This document shows positions 27,577-37,065 of a stretch of DNA of 64,000 nucleotides, one piece after another. The stretch is from NCBI GenBank assembly GCA_037441385.1, contig JBBISH010000009.1, forward strand, positions 1-64,000, in the 5' to 3' direction. The notes beneath the pieces are model-generated. The model saw nothing but the letters and a program-made list of their open reading frames with translations, made no database searches and had not been told where the DNA came from. Position numbers and translations under genes: made by a program. The stretch comes from Myxococcales bacterium. Its GTDB lineage: Bacteria > Myxococcota_A > UBA9042. Position 1 is the stretch's first letter, and every line of letters starts with the position of its first letter.

Positions 27577-30500
27577 TCAGCGAACCCACACGATGGGATC
27601 CTTGAGCACGTTCCACCCCACGCAACCTACGTGGATCGAGGGATAATTGGCCACCGTGCTGACGCTGATCACGCTGGTGGTGGGCACGGCCGCCGCGGCC
27701 ACGGCCGCCGGCATCGACTGGCCCGGATTGTACGCTGGATTGCCGTACGAGCGCGGGGTCTCGCTTTCACTTTGATCCAGCACCACTTGCTGGGTGGTGT
27801 GGCAGCCCGGTGGGTTGGACCATGCCACGCCATTCCAGGTCCAACCGGTCTGGTCGGCGCTGGTGCCGACGACGTCGATGGTCGTGGCCGGTCGCCCGTT
27901 GTACGAGTTCACGGTGTAGGTCGCGTTGGAGCGCTTGCCCAGGAGCCAGAAGGAAGTGCCTTGCGACAGCCCGACTTGGGTGTAGGGCACCGTGTAGTTC
28001 AGCTTGGCCAGCGGACTCAGGTGGACTAGCGACGTCCAACCGCCCCCTTGGGTGACCATGTCGCAGTAGGCCTGGAACGCTCCCGTCTTGTTGGGGTCGA
28101 GCCAGTAGGCTCCGCTCTTGGCGGTGGGGTTGGCCTTGAGGATCGCCAGGCAGTTGGCCGCGGGATTGATCTGGGTGCCCAGCGAACAAACGCCGGCCGT
28201 GCAGATGCCGGTGCCGCCACAACTGGTGCCGTCGGGCGCGGCGGTAGCCGTGCAACCCTTGGCAAGGTCGCAGGAGTCGGCGGTGCAGGGGTTGCCATCG
28301 TCGCACAGCACCTTGCTGCCGCTGCACTTGCCGCCGGCACACGAGTCGCCGCTGGTGCAGGCAGAGCCATCGTCGCAAGTACCTGGGACTGCCAGCGTTT
28401 TGCAGCCGCTGCCCGGGTCACACCAGTCGACGGTGCACGTTTCGCCGTCGTTGCAGGTCACGGGGCTGCCGGCGCAGGCGCCTTTGTTGCACTGGTCGCT
28501 GCCGGTGCAGGCGTTGCCGTCGCTGCAGGTGGCAGTGTTGGGCAGGAAGACGCAGCCCTTGTCGGGGTCGCAGCTGTCGTCGGTGCACAAGTTGCCGTCG
28601 CTGCAGGGGATCGCCGCGCCAGCCTTGCACGAGCCGCCCGCGCACTTGTCGCCCGCGGTGCACACCGTGCCGTCGTCGCACGGCAGGGTGTTGGGGAGCG
28701 AGGCGCAGCCCTTCTGACTATCACAACTATCGGTAGTACAAGGGTTCTTGTCATCACAGTCCACCGGCGCGCCGCTCTGGCAGGCGCCCTGGCTGCAGGC
28801 GTCGCCGCTGGTGCATTGGTTGCCGTCACTGCAGGGCGCGGTGGTGGCGGCGAACACGCAACCGCTCTCGGCGGCACAGGAATCGGCGGTACACGGGTTG
28901 CCGTCGTTGCAGGTCAGCGGGCTGCCGGGGCTGCAACTGCCGCCGGCGCACTGGTCCTTGGCAGTGCAGGCGTTGCCATCGTCGCACGGCAGGGTGTTGG
29001 GGGTGCTCTTGCAACCCTGCCCTGCGTCGCAGTTTTCGGTGGTGCAGGGGTTGCTGTCGTCGCACGGCGGCGGCACACCGGGCAGGCAGTCGCCGCCCTG
29101 GCAGACGTCGCCCTTGGTGCAAGCATTGTTGTCGTCGCACGGCTTGCTGTTGGCGGCGAACTGGCAACCCTTGATTTTGTCGCAGCTATCGTCCGTGCAC
29201 GGGTTGCTGTCGTTGCAGACGACGGCCTTGCCGGCCGCGCACGCACCGTCCAAGCACGCATCGCCCAAGCTGCAGGCGTCGCCGTCGTCGCAAGGTAGCG
29301 TGTTGTTGGCAATTTTGCAGCCGCTGCCGGGGTCGCAGGTGTCGGTGGTGCACGGGTTGCCGTCGTCGCAGACCTTGGCGGCGCCGGGGACGCAACTGCC
29401 CTGCGCGCACTGGTCGCCCTGGCTGCAGGCGTTGGCGTCGTCGCACGGTTTGTCGTTCTGGGTGTGGGTGCAGCCCAGGGCGAGGTCGCAGCCGTCGTCC
29501 GTGCACGGGTTGCCGTCGCCGCACGCCACCGCCGCGCCGGGGGCACACGCGCCGCCCTGGCAGGTGTCGCCCTGGGTGCAGGCGTTGCCGTCGTCGCACG
29601 CCAGCGTGTTGGGCGCCGACTTGCAGCCGCTGCCTGGCTCGCAACTATCCGTGGTGCAAGGGTTGTTGTCGTCGCAACCCAGCGCGGCACCAGGGACGCA
29701 AACGCCGCCCGCGCACTGGTCCTTGCTGGTGCAGGCGTTGTTGTCGGTGCACGGTGCGTCGTTTGCGGTGGCGGTGCAGCCGCTGGCGGGCAGGCAGGCG
29801 TCGTCGGTGCACGGGTTGCCGTCGTTGCAGGCCAGGTTGGAGCCCGGCTTGCAGGCGCTGTCCACGCATAGGTCGCCCTCGGTGCAGGCGTCGTTGTCGC
29901 TGCAGGGCAGACCCGAGTTCACGTGGCTGCAGCCGGACTTCGCCTCACACGCGTCCGTGGTGCACGGGTTGCTGTCGTCGCAGCCGGGCTGCACGCCGGG
30001 TTGGCACGCGCCGCCCAGGCACAGGTCGCCGACGGTGCAGGCATTGGCGTCGTCGCACAAGGATCCATCGGCCAAGGGCGCGCTGCCGCAGACGCCCGCG
30101 ACGCAGGTCGCGAGCAGGCAAGTCCCTGTCGGCGCTGGGCAATCACTTGGGGTGGCGCAAGCGGCCACATCCACGCCTGCGTCGGTCTCGGCATCGGCGG
30201 TGCCGTCTGGCCCCGTGTCCGCCTCGCCGTCGGGCAGCGGCAGATCCGGCTCGACGGTATCCGGCGGCGCGGTGTCGGGCTGAACCGTGTCCAGTGGCTG
30301 CGCGTCCGGCGCGGTCGTATCGGGCATGGTCGTGTCGGGCGCGGCCGTGTCGGGCGCGGCCGTGTCGGGAGGCGCCGTGTCGGGAGGCGCCGTGTCGGAA
30401 CCTGCACTGTCGACGGCGTTCGCATCGGCCTGCGCGCTGTCGGGCTTGCTGGTATCCAGGCCGATTTGGCCATCAAACCCACCCACGTCCGCAGCGGTGT

Positions 30501-30624
30501 CGCCAGCAGCACCCTGGCCAATAACGGTGTCTTCGTCGCCACAGGCGCTCGCCAATAGAGCCAGCGCCGCCGCCAGCAGCGCCACTCGTCCCCGGTGAAT
30601 CGCACTCATTTCAAGACTTCGCAT
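27577..30624 (-). CDS. Cys-rich repeat lipoprotein with a C-terminal fibrinogen-like YCDMxxxGGGWT domain
   Basis: Lipobox ASAC, PDT linker, 24 alternating CxDxNxCTxxD units and NCLAIL...AYCDMVTQGGGWT. Start is 30624 or 30609. Confidence 0.88.
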   Translation of the reverse strand: MRSLEMSAIHRGRVALLAAALALLASACGDEDTVIGQGAAGDTAADVGGFDGQIGLDTSKPDSAQADANAVDSAGSDTAPPDTAPPDTAAPDTAAPDTTMPDTTAPDAQPLDTVQPDTAPPDTVEPDLPLPDGEADTGPDGTADAETDAGVDVAACATPSDCPAPTGTCLLATCVAGVCGSAPLADGSLCDDANACTVGDLCLGGACQPGVQPGCDDSNPCTTDACEAKSGCSHVNSGLPCSDNDACTEGDLCVDSACKPGSNLACNDGNPCTDDACLPASGCTATANDAPCTDNNACTSKDQCAGGVCVPGAALGCDDNNPCTTDSCEPGSGCKSAPNTLACDDGNACTQGDTCQGGACAPGAAVACGDGNPCTDDGCDLALGCTHTQNDKPCDDANACSQGDQCAQGSCVPGAAKVCDDGNPCTTDTCDPGSGCKIANNTLPCDDGDACSLGDACLDGACAAGKAVVCNDSNPCTDDSCDKIKGCQFAANSKPCDDNNACTKGDVCQGGDCLPGVPPPCDDSNPCTTENCDAGQGCKSTPNTLPCDDGNACTAKDQCAGGSCSPGSPLTCNDGNPCTADSCAAESGCVFAATTAPCSDGNQCTSGDACSQGACQSGAPVDCDDKNPCTTDSCDSQKGCASLPNTLPCDDGTVCTAGDKCAGGSCKAGAAIPCSDGNLCTDDSCDPDKGCVFLPNTATCSDGNACTGSDQCNKGACAGSPVTCNDGETCTVDWCDPGSGCKTLAVPGTCDDGSACTSGDSCAGGKCSGSKVLCDDGNPCTADSCDLAKGCTATAAPDGTSCGGTGICTAGVCSLGTQINPAANCLAILKANPTAKSGAYWLDPNKTGAFQAYCDMVTQGGGWTSLVHLSPLAKLNYTVPYTQVGLSQGTSFWLLGKRSNATYTVNSYNGRPATTIDVVGTSADQTGWTWNGVAWSNPPGCHTTQQVVLDQSESETPRSYGNPAYNPGQSMPAAVAAAAVPTTSVISVSTVANYPSIHVGCVGWNVLKDPIVWVR
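30331..30398 (-). repeat. In-frame 15-bp tandem repeat encoding PDTA(P/A)
   Basis: On the plus strand: CGTGTCGGGCGCGGC x2, CGTGTCGGGAGGCGC x2, then CGTGTCGG. Confidence 0.85.
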
Positions 30625-30712
30625 GGTTCCATCCCTGTGTCGCAGCCGCACCCTCACGGTGCCCAGTTTCACAAGTTTACATGAGCCCGGCGGCCTGTCG
30701 CCACTCCGGCCG

Positions 30713-30789
30713 GACTAGATATACGATTACTGTCATTTATCAAGTTAACTAGCTATTTATCGCCGCAATGGATTTACATATATCTAGTC
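30713..30789. mobile_element. AT-rich MITE-like remnant with 11-bp inverted ends containing CTAG
   Basis: GACTAGATATA (30713-30723) and TATATCTAGTC (30779-30789). The right CTAG contains the desaturase stop codon. Confidence 0.5.
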
Positions 30790-31500
30790 GTCGACTGGCA
30801 AGCGCGTCCCAGCCAAACGGTCCCAAAGGTCGGTATAGAAACCGAAATTGCCATTCGGATCCAGGTGATGGTCCGCATGGAAGCGCCCGCCGGTCAGCAG
30901 TGGCAGCCGGCGCGGCAAGGGCTCCACACCGCTGTGCCCCATCGCGCCCCAGGCGGCGTTCAGCAGCAGATACGCAAGCATGCCGGCCCAGCTCGGCCGC
31001 CACACCGCCAGCACCGCCAGCCAAAGCGCACCAAAACCACCGACTTCCAGCGGACTCAACACAAACAGGGTCAAGGGTCGCACCCGCTGGTAGCGGTGAT
31101 GCAAGCCGTGCACCCAGCCAAAGATCAGTGGCCAGTGCGCCAGCCGGTGCGTCAGGTACATCGCCAAGTCCATGGTCAAAAGCAGGCCGGCCGCATCCAC
31201 GGCCGCCTCGACCCAGCCACGCGTCGCCGCGATCGACAGCAGCCCACGGCGCCAGAGCAGCCAACCCAGCCAAGTCACTGCGGTATTGCCGAGCCACGTC
31301 AGCGCCGTGACGATCAGTTCGGCGCGGGTCAGCGGATCGGGCGGCGGCGACACCTGTCTCCGTGGCAGCGCCCTGCGCAGCGCCACGCCAACGCCCACGC
31401 AAATCAGGATTTGTAGTGCATTTTCGACCAACAGCCAGCCCACCGCCTGCAGCGGAGTCCAGCTCTGCAGCCACGCCTGCAGTTGGTCCTCGGCGGGCAC
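30784..31500 (-). CDS. Sterol desaturase / fatty acid hydroxylase family protein
   Basis: His boxes HRLAH, HGLHH and HADHH, plus NFGFY; hydrophobic. Confidence 0.9.
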   Translation of the reverse strand: MPAEDQLQAWLQSWTPLQAVGWLLVENALQILICVGVGVALRRALPRRQVSPPPDPLTRAELIVTALTWLGNTAVTWLGWLLWRRGLLSIAATRGWVEAAVDAAGLLLTMDLAMYLTHRLAHWPLIFGWVHGLHHRYQRVRPLTLFVLSPLEVGGFGALWLAVLAVWRPSWAGMLAYLLLNAAWGAMGHSGVEPLPRRLPLLTGGRFHADHHLDPNGNFGFYTDLWDRLAGTRLPVDD

Positions 31501-31503
31501 GTT

Positions 31504-32289
31504 CTACCCCGCAACTGCGCGCAGGGCTTGCAGAATCGTCGCCGGTGACTGACCACCGTGGAGCGTGCGCTGGCCGCCCGGACCCGCCAGCTCAAAGTGA
31601 GGCACACCGCCGATGCCGGTCCGCGCCGCCGCCAGCGCGGCCTGACGGGTGGACTGCACCGCCGCCGTGTCCTGCAAGACCGCCTCGCCACTGGCTTTGT
31701 CCAGCCCCGTGCCGACCCACACGGCCAGCAGCGCGGCCCGGTCGCCCGGGTTCATCCCCTCTTCAAAGTGGGCCTGGTGCAGCGCATCCAGCAGCGCCCC
31801 CTGCTTGGCCGGTGGCGCTGCGGCCAGTAGCGTATGAGCCAGCGAAGTATCTGCCATGATGCGCACTTTGCTGAAGTCGAAGTGCAAGCCGTACTGCTTG
31901 CCGGTCTGAGTGACGCGCTGGAACATGGCTTCGATGTTCGCCGCACCATAGCGCGTGGCCAGGTGCGCGCGCAGGTCCACGCCCTCGGGCGGTGCGTCGG
32001 GGTTCAGCAAGAACGGGTGCAGGCGCACTTCCACCGTCCCATCGCCCAGCTCGGCCAGCGCGGTCCGCAGGTTGTGGTGGCCAATGCGGCACCAGGGACA
32101 CACCACATCGTGGGTCAGGTCAACGACTATGCGGGCTTTGGGCATTGCGGGGGGCACGTTCACGTCCTTGGTGGCTGGGTTCGGGGTAGACGGCGCGGGG
32201 TTGGTCGTGGCGACGGCGGCTTGGCGCGCACAGGCCAACATTGCCAAGTGGGCGGCAGCAAGTAGCAGGTGGCGGCGCGGAGTCGGCAT
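31504..32289 (-). CDS. DsbA family (FrnE-like) oxidoreductase, possibly a lipoprotein
   Basis: DVVCPWCRIG, PFLLNPD and GIGGVPHF; N-terminal RR followed by LAMLAC. Start is approximate. Confidence 0.88.
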   Translation of the reverse strand: MPTPRRHLLLAAAHLAMLACARQAAVATTNPAPSTPNPATKDVNVPPAMPKARIVVDLTHDVVCPWCRIGHHNLRTALAELGDGTVEVRLHPFLLNPDAPPEGVDLRAHLATRYGAANIEAMFQRVTQTGKQYGLHFDFSKVRIMADTSLAHTLLAAAPPAKQGALLDALHQAHFEEGMNPGDRAALLAVWVGTGLDKASGEAVLQDTAAVQSTRQAALAAARTGIGGVPHFELAGPGGQRTLHGGQSPATILQALRAVAG

Positions 32290-32358
32290 GGCGGCGAGCA
32301 TAGCGACCACTGGCCCTGGCTCCAAGCAGCTGCGGAAATAGCTCAATCCTTTCGCGCG

Positions 32359-32376
32359 GTAGAAATTGCCCCCCAA
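32359..32376 (+). promoter_or_regulatory. Recurrent motif GTAGAAATTGCCCCCCAA (copy 4)
   Basis: 17/18 match to the 19771 and 21043 copies; lies in a divergent intergenic gap. Confidence 0.55.
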
Positions 32377-32455
32377 TGTGTTGTGGCCGTCACGCTTGCG
32401 TTGCCCTGGCCGGCGCGGCATGGTAGGGAACCCCCCAGCGGCGGTAGGAGCTGCA

Positions 32456-33625
32456 ATGTTGGCGCGCCTCTTCCTGATCCTCGGCCTCGTCGCCACGGCT
32501 GCGTGCGGTGCCGCGCCTGGCGGTGGCGGCGGCATGATGGCCGGATGCGTGCCGAACACGACGCAATTGTGCTATTGCTCGGCGACACTACAGGGCATCC
32601 AAACCTGCTCAGTGGCCGGCGATGCCTGGAGCTTGTGCTCCTGCGCATCCCCCTTCGATGCCAGCGGCGACGGAAAATCCAGCAGCGACGGCGGGTCTGT
32701 GCCCCTGGGCAGCGACGGCGGCGCAAACAAGGACGCCAGCGCGTTCAAGGACAGCGGTGCCGCGCTCGACGACAGCAGCGAGCCCGATGTGGACTGGAGC
32801 GAGTTGCTCGACCCCGAGGACACCGGCAGCGATCCCAGCCCCGACACGGCCGTCCCGGACCAATGCCCCGAGCGCGCCAAGATCGTCTACGTGGTCACCA
32901 AGGGCAACCAACTCCTCAGCTTTTCGCCCGACAGCCTTCTGTTCAAGCCAGTTGGCACGCTGGGCTGCCCTGCCGGGGTCGGCAACACCCCGTTCTCGAT
33001 GGCCGTTGACCGCAAGGCCAACGCCTACGTGCTGTACCAAAGCTTTGCCAGCGGCGCTGGCGTATTCAAAGTCTCGACCCTGGACGCCAGCTGCACGGGC
33101 ACCACCTATCAGCCCAACTTGAACGGTTTCGAGGTGTTCGGCATGGGCTTCTCGTCGGACGCGCCGGCCATCCCCGACGAGACGCTGTGGATCGCCGGGA
33201 CCCAGGCGCTGTCTTTCCAGGCCGGCCCGTGCAAGCTGGGCACTCTGGACGCCACGACGCTGAAGACGCAGGCGGTGGCGACCATCCCGCCGGCCTACGG
33301 CTGCCCCGACCTGACTGGCAACGGCCAGGCGCAGCTGTTCGGCTTCTTCCCCAACGCCAACCCGCCGGCAGTGGGGCAGATCGACAAGCAAACCGCGCAG
33401 ATCACCAAGAGTTGGCCACTGCCCGCCAGCTTCGCCAGCACCGAGGCCTGGGCCTTTGCCCAGTGGGGCGGCAAGCTGTGGCTGTTTGCCAAGACGGCTG
33501 GAGACGTCAACAGCAACGTGTGGTCCCTGGATCCAGTCTCGGGCGTGACCACTAAAGCACTGAACAACATTGGCCATGTCATCGTGGGCGCGGGCGTCTC
33601 GTCGTGCGCGCCGACCGGTCAATAG
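32456..33625 (+). CDS. Hypothetical lipoprotein, probable beta-propeller
   Basis: AGGAG RBS, lipobox TAAC, PFSMAVDR, WAFAQWGG and C-terminal IVGAGVSSCAP. Confidence 0.82.
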   Translation: MLARLFLILGLVATAACGAAPGGGGGMMAGCVPNTTQLCYCSATLQGIQTCSVAGDAWSLCSCASPFDASGDGKSSSDGGSVPLGSDGGANKDASAFKDSGAALDDSSEPDVDWSELLDPEDTGSDPSPDTAVPDQCPERAKIVYVVTKGNQLLSFSPDSLLFKPVGTLGCPAGVGNTPFSMAVDRKANAYVLYQSFASGAGVFKVSTLDASCTGTTYQPNLNGFEVFGMGFSSDAPAIPDETLWIAGTQALSFQAGPCKLGTLDATTLKTQAVATIPPAYGCPDLTGNGQAQLFGFFPNANPPAVGQIDKQTAQITKSWPLPASFASTEAWAFAQWGGKLWLFAKTAGDVNSNVWSLDPVSGVTTKALNNIGHVIVGAGVSSCAPTGQ

Positions 33626-33646
33626 GGCGCCCGCCCGGAGCTCCGC

Positions 33647-35296
33647 ATGCCTTCTATGGAACCCATGACCATTCTGGGCGCGTACCGCTTGCTCGCCCCG
33701 CTGGGCCAGGGCGGCATGGGCCAGGTGTGGCGCGCCGAGCACGTGCAGCTGGGGCGACCCGCCGCCGTCAAGGTGATCCGGCCCGACGTGCCCGAAGAGG
33801 CGCGCGCCCGCATGACCGAACGATTTGCCCGCGAGGCCAAGGCGACCGCGGCGCTGACCTCGCAACACACTGTGACGGTGCATGATTTTGGCACGACCCC
33901 CGATGGCAGCCTGTGGTACGCCATGGAACTGCTCGACGGCCTGGATTGCGAGACCCTGGTGGCCGCGGACGGCCCGCAACCCCCGGCTCGGGTGGTGCAT
34001 TTGCTGCTGCAGATGTGCGACGCCCTGATGGAGGCCCACGCCCTGGGGCTGGTGCACCGCGACATCAAGCCGGCCAATCTGGTGGTGTGTCGCCAGGGCG
34101 CACGGTCCGATATCTTGAAAGTCCTTGATTTTGGACTGTCGCGGCCGCTGTTGCAGTTGGACGAGACCCGCCTGACCGCCGACGGCGCGCTGACCGGCTC
34201 GCCCGCGTGGATTGCGCCCGAGGCGGCGATGGGCGACCCGGACCTGGACCAGCGCGCCGATCTCTATGGTTTGGGCTGTGTTGCGTATTGGCTGCTGACC
34301 GGGCGGCAAGTCTTTGTCGCCGACCAGCCGATGCGCCTCATCATGTTGCACGTGGGCCAAGCGCCGCAGCCTCCGTCGAGCTGGCTGCCGCAGCCGCTGC
34401 CGCCGGACCTAGAGGCGTTGGTGCTGCAGTGCTTGGCCAAGTCGCCGGCCGACCGTCCGGCCGACGCGGCCGAAGTCGCTGCACGTTTGCGGGCTTGCGC
34501 ACTGCCCGGCTGGACCGAAGACGACGCCCGGCAGTGGTGGGCGCGCCGCCAGAGCCACCCCGTCGCCCAGGGTACCAGCGAAGATGGCCCCACCGCAGAC
34601 GGCACCATGGGCGCGCCCTTGATCCAAGCCCGACCCGAAGCCCCAGCGCCGGCCCCCGCTGCCGTGGCGCCAATTCCAGGGCCCGTTCGTGCACAAGCAC
34701 CCAACGAGCCCAGGTTTTCGCCGCTACAGCTGTCGTCGGACCGGGCCCTGACGGTGGTGCGGCTGCAAGAGGCGTTTGCCCATTCGCTGCTGGACATGCC
34801 CGAGTTCGAGCGGCGGGTGGCGCGCGCCGAGGCGGCCAAGTCTCCCGCAGAACTCCCCGAACTGCTGGCCGATTTGCCCAAGCCCGTGCCCGCTGTGACC
34901 CAAGTGCCTACCCAACCTGGGACCGCGCTCGCGCTGGCCCCTAGCCGACAAGTGGCGATTTTCTCGGGATACGAGCGAGGGGGCTTGTGGCGCCCGCCGC
35001 CGCGAACCGACGGGGTCTACATCTTTGGCGGCGCGCAACTGGACTATCGCCAAGCGGAACTGCAGCCCGGGTGCACGTCCCTCAACCTCGTCTGCATCTT
35101 TGGTGGCGTCGAAATCACCGTCCCCGAGGATCTGCCTGTAGTCGTCGAGGGTTTTGGCATCTTTGGCGCGTTCCACAAGCGCGGCGGCAGCGACTCGCCC
35201 CCGGTCGACCCACAGAAACCTTGGTTGAAGATTACGGGCGCCGCGATCTTTGGCGGGGTGCAAGTGCGCATCAAAGGCAAGCGCAAATTGCCGTGA
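33647..35296 (+). CDS. Ser/Thr protein kinase with C-terminal DUF1707-like and LiaF/DUF2154-like domains
   Basis: GQGGMGQV, AVKVI, HRDIKPAN, DFG and APE; SDR...L..AF....L...EFERRV; three IFGGV-type repeats. Confidence 0.9.
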   Translation: MPSMEPMTILGAYRLLAPLGQGGMGQVWRAEHVQLGRPAAVKVIRPDVPEEARARMTERFAREAKATAALTSQHTVTVHDFGTTPDGSLWYAMELLDGLDCETLVAADGPQPPARVVHLLLQMCDALMEAHALGLVHRDIKPANLVVCRQGARSDILKVLDFGLSRPLLQLDETRLTADGALTGSPAWIAPEAAMGDPDLDQRADLYGLGCVAYWLLTGRQVFVADQPMRLIMLHVGQAPQPPSSWLPQPLPPDLEALVLQCLAKSPADRPADAAEVAARLRACALPGWTEDDARQWWARRQSHPVAQGTSEDGPTADGTMGAPLIQARPEAPAPAPAAVAPIPGPVRAQAPNEPRFSPLQLSSDRALTVVRLQEAFAHSLLDMPEFERRVARAEAAKSPAELPELLADLPKPVPAVTQVPTQPGTALALAPSRQVAIFSGYERGGLWRPPPRTDGVYIFGGAQLDYRQAELQPGCTSLNLVCIFGGVEITVPEDLPVVVEGFGIFGAFHKRGGSDSPPVDPQKPWLKITGAAIFGGVQVRIKGKRKLP

Positions 35297-35330
35297 TGGG
35301 ACAGGCGACCGCCCACTGCCGCCTGCGCCG

Positions 35331-36017
35331 TCAAGGCCGCAGCCGATACCCAACCCCCGGCTCGGTGATCAGGTGCCGCGGCCTCGCCGAATCCACTTCG
35401 AGCTTGGCCCGCAATTGCGCCATATACACCCGCAGATAGTGGGTCTGCCCGCTGGCCCCCGGTCCCCAGACTTGCTTGAGCAGCAGGTTATGGGTGACCA
35501 CCTTGCCGGCGTGTTGGACCAGCGTGACGAGCAGCTTGTACTCGTGCGGCGTCAGGTGCACAGGCTCGCCGGCCCGGGTCACCGTGCGGAACAGCAAGTC
35601 GATGCGGGTGTCGCCGAACTCAAAAACCTCTTGCGCATCTGGCAGTCGCGCGGCGTGCCGCAGGGCCACGCGCAGCCGCGCAAGCAACTCGCCCGCGCCA
35701 AACGGCTTGGTCAGGTAGTCGTCCGCGCCGCCATCCAGCGCGGCAATCTTGTCCGCCTCGCGGCCGCGGGCAGAGACCACGACGATCGGCGCCTGCGTCC
35801 AACTACGCAATTTTCCAACCACTTCCAGGCCATCCAGGTCGGGTAGGCCCAGGTCCAGCAGCACCGCGTCGGGGTTGTACTGCCGGGCCAGGCTGAGCGC
35901 TTCGGCCCCAGTGCCGGCCTCGACCGTGCGGTAGTCGTCTTGCAGCGTGGCGCGCAAGAACCGGCGAATCGGCAGTTCGTCGTCCACCACCAGGATGAGG
36001 GGCATCGGCTCGGTCAT
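35331..36017 (-). CDS. kdpE: KdpE response regulator
   Basis: LLDLGLPDLDG, ALDGGADDYLTKPF, HLTPHEYKLL, THYLRVYMAQLRAKLE and TEPGVGYR. Confidence 0.93.
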   Translation of the reverse strand: MTEPMPLILVVDDELPIRRFLRATLQDDYRTVEAGTGAEALSLARQYNPDAVLLDLGLPDLDGLEVVGKLRSWTQAPIVVVSARGREADKIAALDGGADDYLTKPFGAGELLARLRVALRHAARLPDAQEVFEFGDTRIDLLFRTVTRAGEPVHLTPHEYKLLVTLVQHAGKVVTHNLLLKQVWGPGASGQTHYLRVYMAQLRAKLEVDSARPRHLITEPGVGYRLRP

Positions 36018-37063
36018 GGGGCCTCGCTGGGCGGCGGCGGTGCCGGCAACGTGATGGTGAATTCCGCCCCGCCTTCAGCGCGGTTGTGCACGGTGGCGGT
36101 CCCGCCGTGGGCCTGCGCGATGCCGCGGACGATGGCGAGGCCCAAGCCCGTGCCGCCGCCACGCGCGTTGCCGGGCGCGCGGTAGAACTTGTCAAAGACT
36201 TGACTTTCGCTGCCAGCAGGTACGCCGGGGCCGCGGTCGGCCACGCAAAGATCCACGGTGCCGCCGGTGTAGCTCGCGCGCACTTGCAGCGGACTCGCGG
36301 CTGGCGTGTAACGCGCGGCGTTGTCTAGCAAATTGAACAGTGCCTGCTCCAGCAGCACCGGGTCCACGGGCACCAGCGGCAGATCGCGCGCCAAGTCCAC
36401 TTGGATGGTGCGGTTGCCCAACAGACGCTGCGCCCGCTCTAACGCCGAACCCACCACTTCTTCTAGCGGCAGCCACTCGCGTTGGATCGCTAGGCCTCCG
36501 GACTCCAACCGCGTCATGTCCAGCAGGTTGCCCACCAATCGGTTGAGGTGGTCGGCCTCGTCGCGAATGGTTTCGAGCAACTCGGCGCGGGTCGCCGGAT
36601 CCAACTCGCGGCGCTCTTGCAGCGCAGTGGCCGAGCCGGTAATGACCGCCAACGGCGTCCGCAAGTCATGAGAAACCGAAGACAACAGCACGTTGCGCAG
36701 CTCTTGGCGCTCGGCCTGCAGGCGGGCAGCGTGGGCATGGCTCGCTTCGGTCCGCACCCGGTCGGTCAGGCCACCCATCACGGCGCCCACCACGAACATC
36801 GCCGCAAAAGTCAGCACAAAACGCGTGTCGTGCACCGCGAACGTGAAGTACGGCGGCACAAAGAAAAAGTCGAAGGCGGCCACACTCAAAGCAGACGCGA
36901 CCAGCGACGGTCCCCGCCCATAGCGCGCGGCGCAAAACACCACGCCCAACATGTAGACCATGACCAGTTCCGAGTCGGCCAGTTGCGCCCGCAGCAGGCC
37001 CGCCAGGGCGGACGCCAGCGTCACAACCCCCAACGCACCCATGTAGTTGCGCGCCGAGGTCAT
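36014..37063 (-). CDS. kdpD: KdpD-type sensor kinase lacking the N-terminal KdpD/Usp and GAF domains (DUF4118-HisKA-HATPase)
   Basis: AFDFFFVPPYFTF, SSVSHDLRTPL, NLLDMTRLESG and GTGLGL; only 349 aa; ATGA overlap with kdpE. Confidence 0.88.
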   Translation of the reverse strand: MTSARNYMGALGVVTLASALAGLLRAQLADSELVMVYMLGVVFCAARYGRGPSLVASALSVAAFDFFFVPPYFTFAVHDTRFVLTFAAMFVVGAVMGGLTDRVRTEASHAHAARLQAERQELRNVLLSSVSHDLRTPLAVITGSATALQERRELDPATRAELLETIRDEADHLNRLVGNLLDMTRLESGGLAIQREWLPLEEVVGSALERAQRLLGNRTIQVDLARDLPLVPVDPVLLEQALFNLLDNAARYTPAASPLQVRASYTGGTVDLCVADRGPGVPAGSESQVFDKFYRAPGNARGGGTGLGLAIVRGIAQAHGGTATVHNRAEGGAEFTITLPAPPPPSEAP

Positions 37064-37065
37064 CG

